From NCBI GenBank assembly GCA_951406725.2, contig OX597816.1:161696001-161760000 (forward strand): a stretch of DNA of 64,000 nucleotides, written 5' to 3'. This DNA is from Octopus vulgaris (taxonomy: Eukaryota). This document shows, piece after piece, positions 53,348-64,000 of the stretch. The position numbers and the translations under genes are program-made. Positions within the stretch are counted from its first letter, which is position 1, and each line of letters opens with the position of its first letter. Below the pieces are notes generated by a model. It did no database searches. It was not told where the DNA came from and worked only from the letters and a program-made list of their open reading frames with translations.

Positions 53348-53585
53348 GAGAAAGAGAAATGTTTAAAGAAAGAAAAGAAATTGCCAAAAACACGTGTATA
53401 CACACACACACACACTCGCGCGCGCATACACACACGCTCACACACATACACACACATACACTCACGCATACACACACACATATGCTCAGGTCATACGAAT
53501 GTAATATTTACTTAATATTTATTGAGTATTAATTGAAACAGCTGTAAGGGATGATGATTAATTTGCTTTTAATGATTAAATAATT

Positions 53586-53724
53586 TGTTGTGTCGACGCC
53601 CCCAGACGATGAAGTAGACTAGCTCAATACGTAGTTATAGAAAGAGAAGTCTAGACGTTAGTAGTAGTAGGATTAGCAGTCGGAGTCGAGTTGAGTAGAG
53701 GCCATCCGAACGTGCGACATAACA
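53586..53724. mobile_element. Possible short solo LTR
   Basis: TG..CA ends with 10-bp inverted termini tgttgtgtcg/cgacataaca; flanks taatt/caatt. Confidence 0.35.
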
Positions 53725-53895
53725 CAATTATTAACTCCCCAATCTCCATTTTCTTTTGTTCTTATATATAAGAAGATAATTTTATAACTTCGTTAAATCG
53801 AAAAGCAATTTCGTTAAACCGAAGAGCAAAAATAAAAACAGGACTGCAGCTGGAAGTGCTCAGGTGAGACCGAAGCGAAAGGAGAAATATATTAA

Positions 53896-54121
53896 AAGGT
53901 ATAAAACAACTTTATATCATTCCCTCCCAAATTATCAAAAATCGAATATATATATATATTAAAATACTAGGGCACCCAATAGTAAAACCCAACTGTATAA
54001 AATATACACATGTACACGAATAAAAGGTGATAAAACCTAAAAGGGTAGTATTCGATTTTTGATAATTTGGGAATGATATAAAGTTGTTTTGGCCGATCGG
54101 AGCGTTTATTCATTATACCTT
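53896..54121. mobile_element. MITE-like foldback element
   Basis: 42-bp inverted repeat at 53903-53948 / 54049-54090 (4-bp insertion in the left arm); outer aaggtata/tatacctt. Confidence 0.55.
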
Positions 54122-54451
54122 TCAATTTCCATTTGTTACATATATATTATATCTTACCTTGATATGTGTGGACTAAGATCTCCGTTGACAGGCGACTGGT
54201 ATTTATAGTGTGTTAAACACTTTCGGTATGTAAATTAGGGACTCCTTCATAGAGTAACTGCTGCATTTGTTGAGTATATGCACAGTTTGATTGCTTGTTT
54301 CTCTGGAGAAAGTCAGAATGACGTAGACACCTCGGACGAGAACCCAATAAGATTCGAAAATTGACTAAAGTTGTTCATAATTTTTTTCAGTCTGCAGAGA
54401 AATGGCTAAAATTTGCTGTTTATAACTATACCATATGCTACACACACACAC

Positions 54452-54499
<48 letters not shown>

Positions 54500-54501
<2 letters not shown>

Positions 54502-55560
54502 GACGGGCTTCTTTCAGTTTCTTTCAATCAAATCTGCTCACACGGATTTGGTCGCCCTGTGGTTATATATTAGAAGACACTTGCCGAAAGCTCCACGCAG
54601 TGGGACTGAACCCGGAACCATGTGGTTGGGAAGCAAACTTCTTACTGCACAGCCACGCCTGTGCCTAATCTTTATACCTCGAGAATTATTTCAGAGCAAG
54701 TTTAAATGCATGTTTTCATACAGAGTAAATATACATTCCCTGTAGTCTGTACTATGTAATGTCTTTATTATTTATCCTTCAATTAAGGCAACGAGTTGGC
54801 TAAATTGTCAGCACGCTGGGCAAACTGCTTATCGGCATTTCGTCCGTCTTTACGTTCCGAGTTCAAATCTCACCGCGGTCAACTTTGCCTTTCATCCTTT
54901 TGGGGTGGATAAAATCAGTACCAGTTAAGCACTGGATGTTATGTAATTGATTTACTCTTCCTCCAAAATTCCAGGCCTTTTGCCTATAGTAGAAAGGATT
55001 ATTAAAGCTTCCATTAATATAGGACAGTTTGCGTTAAACTCTGATATGCTCTGCTCGAATTTTTCTATCTCGTAACCATGTATACATCCAACAAAGGCAT
55101 CTGTAAATGGTTTACGATTTTGTTGACGATGTAATGTCAAACGCTTGCTAAATATTGTATATCTTTCGCCAATCTAAACTGTTAAGAACTTCTTGCGAGA
55201 AGGCGACTTCATATTTAACGTAAACCACTGTGCATAGATTTTTAGTTGCTCTCATTCCTACAAATTCCACTTCGCTACTTTAAAGAGGGACACATTGATT
55301 AATGAAGCTCTAGGTATGCTGTGTTTCAAGAAAGAAAAATGGTCACTATTTTATATTTTTTACCGTTTACTTGTTTCAGTCATTAGACTGCGGCCATACT
55401 GGGGGCACCACTTTAAGAATCTTAGTCGAATATATCGACTCCAGTACCTTATTTTAAGCCTGGTACTTATTCTATCGGTCTCTCTTTTGTGGAACCGCTA
55501 AGTTACGGAGATGTAAACACATCAACACTGGTTGTGAAGTGGTTGTGAGAAACAAGCACA
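54500..55560. mobile_element. SINE fragments: A (54500-54665, minus), B (54785-55000, plus), A (55365-55560, minus)
   Basis: Family motifs. Confidence 0.75.
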
Positions 55561-56277
55561 AACGCAATGATACCACATGGACCGAAATATGCACTCAGGG
55601 ACATGAGGACACACCAGTAGGAAAAATTTTAAAACTTATATTTCGGCTATCGACTCCTATTCAAGAGAAATAACGGAAAGAAGTAAAGGAAAATTTTCGC
55701 GTATTGTTTCAGCGAATCATAACGGATACATTTACTAGATTCCATATCAGCCATACTATTAGCTTCAGATAATTTGCGGTGGTCACATGATGCATCCAAT
55801 TTTTTTTTATGCCACATACTCAATGTAAATAAGTTAAAACTTCTGTTGTATTATTTGTGTTTAAGTAAAGTGGATACAAACATAAGTCGGCGGCCTTGAT
55901 CTTGATAACGCATTTTGTAAATATCTAGCTAAAGTGCAAATAATTTAAAACCATACCCAAATATTGATCAGCTCAACGTGGCTAGCAAAACATCCTTTTA
56001 ATGAATCTGAGATAATCATTCATTATTATTATGTAAGAAATATTAATTAACTTGTTTGAAATCTTAATTATCTTTTCAGAAGCATTCTTCTATAGAAGAT
56101 TTTCATTAGTCTCTCCGAAGAGACAATTTTAAGACATTTTGCTTGAGTAATTAACCAGCGCCTAATTATTTCAGTCATCGAGATATATTAATTTGATTGC
56201 AAGAAACATTAATTAAACCAGAATAAATATTAATCAGCGTTTTCCGATCTTAATACAATTCACAGCATCTTCTTAGT

Positions 56278-56308
<31 letters not shown>

Positions 56309-56387
56309 TATTAGGTTGCCATGTTGATCAAAAACATTGAAATGAATATTCGCTTGAAAATTTATGTATATATATTAATTTATCTAA

Positions 56388-56472
<85 letters not shown>

Positions 56473-56515
56473 CCTGTCTATTTTTCTATCTTTCCATTTA
56501 TATATGAATATGTAA

Positions 56516-56568
<53 letters not shown>

Positions 56569-56727
56569 CATATATTAAATACACGCATGCACACAGACAA
56601 TATACATACACGTATACGTCTATACACGCGATTGCAAACACACGTATTTACGCATGCGTATATTATATATTTAACAATCTAACACATATTTAGAATCACA
56701 GGAATATGTAAAATATAAATGTAGCAT

Positions 56728-56781
<54 letters not shown>

Positions 56782-56934
56782 GTATATATATACATATGAA
56801 TATATACATACGTATATACATATACATATATATGCATACAAACACTCCCCCACATATATACAATGGTAGCAGCAGCTGATCTTCCGACCAAATCATGGAA
56901 ACTAAGTCTACATCGGTATTTGGAAAAGCCGGTC

Positions 56935-56965
<31 letters not shown>

Positions 56966-57179
56966 TGTATGTATGTATGTATGTATGTATGTTTGTATGT
57001 ATGTATGTATGTATGTATGTATGTATGCGCGTTCATATATATATGTATATATATATAAATATATATATATATTCATGTATATGTATACACACACACATAC
57101 ATTTATGTATGTATATGTGTGTAGCTATAAATGTACACATATATGTAAACACATGACACTACATATGAACACACACACA

Positions 57180-57252
<73 letters not shown>

Positions 57253-57529
57253 ACACGATATCTTTCAAACATCGTTGAAAAATATGTAATGAAATTAAGA
57301 GTGAAGCGATACAGTTTGAACATCAACTCTGACAAAAATAATAAAGCTTATATTTATAAACGATTAATTAGCTGATGCTATTAATTGGTGATGGGTTGTT
57401 TAATGGGTGTCTGGGAGAAGTATGTGGTGTGTGTATGCGGGGTGGTGGGGTGGTGGTGGTGGGGTAACAATGCTTTTTTTGTAATCATCAAATATAATGA
57501 GAATAACATCAAAAGCGGTAGCCATAATA

Positions 57530-58230
57530 TTCGTTTCAAAATTTTTTGGCACAAAGCCAGCAGACTTGGTGTACGGGTAATCCATTACAGCGGCGACCCC
57601 AGTACTAAATTGGTACTTAATTTATCGACCTCGAAAGGATAAAAGGCAAGGTCGTCCTCGGCGGAATTTGAACTCAGAACGTAAAGATGGACGAAATGTT
57701 GGTAAGCAATTCTACTGTAGAATTATTTCTATTCTAGGCACAAGGCCTTGAAAATTTTGGGAAAGTGCGTAACTGGTACTTATTTCATCGACCCCGTCAG
57801 CAAAAGTCGACCATAGCGAAATTTGAACTCAGAACGTAGCGGCAGACGAATACCGCTAAGCATTTTGCCCGGTGTCCTAATGATTTTGCCAGCTCGCCAC
57901 CTCCAGCTGTGTGGTTAATAAAAAGCTGTGCGGTTAATAATAAGGTCACTTTTCAGTACATGGTTTTGGGTTCAGTGCCACCGTACAACACTTTGAGTGT
58001 CTTCGAATATAGTTCTGGGTCTTGTGAGTGAATTTGGTTGACGAAAACTGTGTGGAAGCTCATCGTATATAAATATAAATATAAATGTATGGTAAGTAGC
58101 TTGCTTCCTAACCACATGGTTCCGGGTTCAATCCCACAGCATGCTATCTAGGGCAAATGTCTTCTACTATAGCCTCGGGTCGACCAAAGCCTTGCGAGTG
58201 GATTTGGTAGATGGACACTGAAAGCATTCT
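57530..58230. mobile_element. SINE B dimer (minus) and SINE A 5' fragments (plus)
   Basis: Family motifs. Confidence 0.75.
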
Positions 58231-58232
58231 GT

Positions 58233-58283
<51 letters not shown>

Positions 58284-58470
58284 CCCATGTACAGGAAATT
58301 TTTTTAACCCCTTCTATAACCACTTTCCTTAAAAAAATGGAGCTGCAACTACAATGTTCTATATTTTATGCCTACTTTCATTCTCTTATTTCCCTCTATA
58401 TTCCCTGTCTCTTTTTCCACAATAATTCCTTATTTCGAACCTAAACATTTACCTCTAACCATCTCACATT

Positions 58471-58518
58471 GTCTTTGATGAAGGTATATCGATAATATCC
58501 CAGAAACAGCTGTAAGAC
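58471..58518 (+). ncRNA. Minimal hammerhead (family H1), C3U variant
   Basis: gtct-TTGATGA-a-ggtatat-cgata-atatccc-a-GAAA-cagctg-TA-agac. Confidence 0.6.
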
Positions 58519-59885
58519 TATATGTATATATTTTTCCCTATGAGAAACAAATGGAAAACAAAAATGTAAATATAAAAAAACGACCCTTCATCAGTTGTTG
58601 GCTGTTTATACACTCCACCTTTCGAACAATTACGACAAGATATGAGAAAACAGTTGCTCCCGCAAAGCAAAATAAAATTTGGGATTTGCAGAAGGTCGAA
58701 GTTGGTACCAAAATCAGGACAGTCAAAACAAACAGTAAGGACTGCTAAGCCATTAAAGAGTTGAGGTGGCGAACGCTGGAGGAACAAGTTTTGACAGGAG
58801 AAAAGATACGAGAAGAGACAGACAAGAATGCGTGTGATCTGTGTGGCAGATCAAAAAGAAAGAAAGAAGCTCAAGTTAGGACAAGAAAGATGGCCGTTGG
58901 TCCTGTGTGAGCAATGAGAAAGTAAAGGAGGAAGAGTGAGAAGGAGAGAGGGACAGATAGAGAACGGCGAAGGGGAGAGGAAAAGAAATAGGGAAAGGAT
59001 GAGAGAGAAAAAACGAAAGGGCGAGAAGGGGCGTTCAATCATATAGTAATATAAATAATACACACACACACACACACATATATGTATATAGTATTTATTA
59101 TTTGGGAAAGTTATTGTTTTTCAAATTCTAAAAGTTTTCTTCAGCCCTAGGTCTCATAAGACCGGTTATCCAGTTTCCATGGCGTTTAAGCAACTAAGAT
59201 CACAACATTCTCCCTGAACGGGAAGCTGATCCGTTGCAGAAGTCTGGGCCACCAATTTTGACAGATGGAGCGAGGTGAGTCGATTAATTGACCGATATTA
59301 TTTTGTATTGACCCCGAAGGGAGAAAAGACAAAGGAGACTTCGGTGGTATTTGAACTCAAATTGCTACTTAGTATTTTGTCTGACGTGTTAACGATTCTG
59401 CCAGTTCGCTTCTACATGTTGCTTATTCTTCGTAGAAAAATGATCTTCCATTACATATTCTTCGCAAAATATAAAAAGATAAATAAAAAACGGACTCCAT
59501 ATGCAAATAGTAAAAGAGCGCTGCGGTGTCCAGTATTTATCTCTTCTCATAAATTCTCTGTTATTGTGGAGGTCATACTGCCAGATAACAAAAATTTTTC
59601 AATGCTAGATTTGAAAAATAGTATTTTAATTCTATCAGTGACAGAAAGTAAAGTTTCCACTCTGCTGCTACCCATTTTAATCGGTGTGTTTCTCTGCGAT
59701 GCTTTGCCCGAGATAACGAAATCATGTCACTATAGGAAACTGAACTTCTAAGAAGGTGTGTGTGTGCGTATACAGATAACCATATACACACATTTATATA
59801 TATATGCACACACACATACACACACACACACACATACACACACGCACACATACACACACACACACACACATACACACACACAAAT

Positions 59886-59920
<35 letters not shown>

Positions 59921-59924
59921 CATC

Positions 59925-60135
59925 GTTAGAAGGCCGGGCGAAATGTTTAGCGGTATTTCGTCTACCGATACGTTCTGAGTTCAGATTCCATTGAGGTCGA
60001 CTTTGCCTTTTGTCCTTTTGGGGTCGATTAAGTAAGTACCAGTTACATACTGGGGTCGATGTAATCGACTTAATCTCTTTGTCAGTCCTTGTTTGTCCTT
60101 CAATGTTTAGTCTCCTGTGAGCAATGAAGAAATAA
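59925..60135 (+). mobile_element. SINE family B
   Basis: Family motif. Confidence 0.8.
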
Positions 60136-60824
60136 ATATACTAGCTTCTCTCTAGTTGGACTATGTACTCAACAAATGTTTAAACCATCGCCTATTCCTC
60201 ACTCTTACATATACGCACACACACAAAATAAAACACTCTTACACACAACCTCATCTTCTTTCTCTCTGTCTCCCCCTCTCTCTCTGTCTTAATGCCTGTA
60301 TACTCCGACATATTGAAAAATGCAACTGTACCCTTTCTTTTTCAAGACATGGAACCTCTCCCTGATCCTGCTTCTCCGATATCTCTCAAATAACTGTCTA
60401 CGCAAAATCTAATACATTTTCCTCTTCAATGACCACCGGTGTAAGTTCTAGAGATCCAGATTCCCTGGAGAGACTTCCGTTTCTTTGCTAACATCAGTTG
60501 TCTTCGGCTTCAACGAAAACAAATTTGTTGTCCTTCAAAAATTTCGCCCATGTCTGACACGAAAGTTTTTCTGTCAAACTGTCAACCGATCAGCTCAACC
60601 CGACACTAACCATCTGGACGCTTCAGCTAACAGCTCACTCCATGCCAGCACGTGCCTCCTTTCTTTCACAACCACATCAACTCCTGTATAATTCAGAACT
60701 TAATTATAGCCCCTGCATCCTTCACACTTCTTTTGTTACATTAACGATATTTCTTCATGGTCACCCCTACTACTGACTTTGGAACCAACACGCAAGAGAA
60801 AGTGCGGATGTACACACACACACG

Positions 60825-60879
<55 letters not shown>

Positions 60880-61457
60880 TTAAGCACCAATACATAACCT
60901 ACTCCTTCATTTTCCAACACACAGACTTCATTAACGTACAACCAAAACATGCCACATCAAATGTACACGTTTCGGTGATTATCGATCTCATCTTATACCC
61001 ATAATGCAATGCTAGGTTTTTACAATCTAGTTACATTCACCAGAACTAAATCAAAATGCACAACACAATTCTTTGCTTCCCACTTATTAATAAGAAATAG
61101 ACAAAAACTTCAAAAATCTTTGATAATCTTTCTTAATCCGCTCACATTTTGTATGTCGAAGAAATTACATCTCAAAAACAGAAAGAGCTGATCGCATTTT
61201 AACAATGTATAAATTTGTCTTACATCACATCACTGATTACCGATCTTGTCTGTGTACGTGATATACACGCAACCAAACACACAGATGTTCATACACATAT
61301 ATGTATGCAGAGTCCCAAATATTATAAATATTCTAGAATTTTGAAACTTCATTCATTCTGTCTAAACATTATCTAATCATGAGACTGTATCTATTCTTTA
61401 TCTTCAATATTATTTCAAAGCCGCCACAGTTCTTGTTTACTAACATACTGGACACAG

Positions 61458-61519
<62 letters not shown>

Positions 61520-61845
61520 TACATACATACATACATACATACATACGTACTTGGAAGAGGATGCGTGTCGTTCAATCATATAATAATATAAATAATATAT
61601 ATATATATACATATAGGCATATATACATATGTATATAAACATACTTACATCTATACGTATATATATATGCATATGTAGGCACGGGACGTCGTGGAACGTG
61701 TACAATAAAAAAATACGAAGTACGAGTACATGGAATATGAACTATTTTTTCGAACAACGAAAGACACAAATGGAAAAAAAAGGCAAACAACGTAAAGAAC
61801 GACCCTTCACCAGTTGTTGGGTGTTTTTCTACTCTAGCACTTCGA

Positions 61846-61896
<51 letters not shown>

Positions 61897-62067
61897 GGCG
61901 TAAGAGTGGCTGTGTGGCAAGTAGCTTGTCTACCAATCACATGGTTCCGGGTTCAGTCCCACTGCGTGGCACCTTGGGCATGTATCTTCTACAATAGCCT
62001 CGGGTCGACCAAAACCTTGTGAGTGGGTTTGGTAGAGGGAAACTGAAAGAAGCCCGTCGTATATATG

Positions 62068-62098
<31 letters not shown>

Positions 62099-62307
62099 AT
62101 ATGTTTGTGTATCTGTGTTTGTTCCCCCAACATCGTTTGACAACCGATGCTGGTGTGTTTACGTCACCGTAACTTAGCTTTCCGGCTAAAGAGACCCGAT
62201 AGAATAAGTACTAGGCTTACAAAGAATAAGTCCTGGGGTCGATTTGCTCGTCTAAAGGCGGTGCTCCAGCATGGCCACAGTCAAATGACTGAAACAAGTA
62301 AAAGAGT
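61897..62307 (+). mobile_element. SINE family A, full length
   Basis: Head, body and tail. Confidence 0.9.
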
Positions 62308-62413
62308 ATATATATATATATATATATCGAAACATAAAAGAATTTCTCACCTTCCCGAGTGTCAAACTAATACACCTGCTTGTTGTTTATACACCAGTGT
62401 TTGTCTTTTGTTT

Positions 62414-62484
<71 letters not shown>

Positions 62485-62733
62485 CATACATAATATAATA
62501 TAAATTATACATACATATATATACAGACATATATATGTATATACATATACGCATAGTCTCATTTTGTCGTTAATTGTTCGAAATGTGGAGTAGATGAACA
62601 GTCAACAACTGATGAAGCGTAGTTCTTTATGTTACTTATCCTGTCTTCCACTTGTTTCTCTCGTCGTTTGCATACCCAAGTTTGCCTTCGCATTTCATAT
62701 TATTTACGTTTTGTAACGTCCTGCACCCATATA

Positions 62734-62777
<44 letters not shown>

Positions 62778-62830
62778 ATTATTATATGAGTGAATGCTAC
62801 GCATCATTTTCCAAGTAAGTTTATTTTATC

Positions 62831-62887
<57 letters not shown>

Positions 62888-63310
62888 GACGACTGGCTGG
62901 CTGGATCCTAAGAACATTCAGAACCAGAGATAAGGAAACCATGATGGTCCTCTGGCGGACATTCGTCCTCAGCCGCCTGGATTACTGCTCACAGCTATGG
63001 TCACCCACTAGTGTGAAATTAACAGTGGACCTTGAAGCAATACAGAGAAGATCGTCTCTTTGCAACAGCTCAGCTACTGGGAAAGATTGAAACAGCTAAG
63101 ACTCTACTCTCTGGAGAGAAGACGGGAGAATTATGCAGTAATATATATCTGAAAGATCCTGGAAGGAATTGTGCCAAATTTTGGCATTGAAAGCTACACC
63201 AATGCCAGAACGGGACGACACTGCATAGTGCCAAAGATCCAGCAATGCCATCACGCTTCAGGACCAGCTTCTGCAACAGCCTGGGTTTCAAGGGCCCACA
63301 GTTTTTTTTA
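62888..63310 (+). mobile_element. CR1/L2-group LINE RT C-terminal fragment
   Basis: GWILRTFRTRD..LWRTFVLSRLDYCSQLWSP..LEAIQRR..SYWERLKQLRLYSLERRRE. Confidence 0.85.
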
Positions 63311-63321
63311 ATATTCTCATC

Positions 63322-63655
63322 TGATAAAATTTATCGATCTGGAAGGATTTGAACTCAGAACGTAGCGGTAGACGAAATACCGCTAAACATTTTGCCCGGT
63401 GTACTAACGATTCTGCCAGCTCACAGCTTTAATAATAATAATCCTTTCTACTCTAGGCACAAGGCCTGACATTTTTGGGGAGGGAGCCAGTCGATTAGAT
63501 CTACCCTAGTACACAACTGGTACTTAATTTATCGACTCCGAAATGATGAAAGGCAAAGTCGACCTAGGCGGAATTTGAACTCTGAACGTAAAGACCGACG
63601 AAATGCCGCTAAGCATTTTTGTCCGGCGTGCAAACGATTCTGCCAGCTCGCCGCT
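63322..63655 (-). mobile_element. SINE family B dimer
   Basis: Family motif. Confidence 0.8.
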
Positions 63656-64000
63656 TTAAGATGAACAAGAAATTATTAAAAACAAGAACATGGAAGGTGG
63701 AAGGTAGGGTGGGGGGGGGGGGGTCAGGCTGGAAGAAGGAAAAGGGGAAGAACAGTTAATGTTGTTGCTGGTTTTAATGTAGTCAGCTCATTAAGCAATC
63801 AATCAACTAATTGAGATTTAATTACTCTAACACACGCGTGCGCGCACACACACAAGCACACACACATACACACACATACCACACACATACACACACACGC
63901 GCATACACATACAAAGATGCATGTACAGATACACACACACGGCCTAAGAAGGTGTTGGTGAAGAATGTAATGGAGTTAATGTTAAACAGCGGTGGGGAAG

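Overview
Eukaryotic, AT-rich, repeat-saturated non-coding DNA. The SINE families and the (TA)n/(CA)n/(TAA)n/(TATC)n density look like an Octopus (coleoid cephalopod) intron or intergenic region; this is recognition by eye, not a database result. No intact protein-coding gene is supported, and nearly all ORF-track entries are microsatellite translations. Recognisable content includes two abundant tRNA-derived SINE families; 3' fragments of RTE, CR1/L2 and R4/Dong (RLE) non-LTR retrotransposons; mariner/Tc1, pogo-like and piggyBac-like DNA elements; and a non-autonomous Helitron. Two homogeneous tandem arrays (62 bp, and a 174-bp dimer of 87-bp monomers) have grown inside the 3' UTR of RTE-type LINE copies. 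The main hidden signal is about 12 type-I hammerhead-ribozyme folds plus partial copies. They belong to several unrelated short elements that mostly sit in (TA)n/(TAA)n tracts (Penelope pseudo-LTR or retrozyme-like), and almost all have a self-complementary stem III. Standouts are a hammerhead with a compensatory U3-A8 core (39449-39520) and a 73-bp palindrome with a hammerhead in each arm (29278-29426). Other signals: a 121/122-identical inverted repeat 3.7 kb apart, a foldback mariner MITE, an inverted tRNA-like repeat, RFX X-box-like motifs and a candidate 18-nt microexon. Coordinates were counted by hand, so element ends may be off by a few bases.
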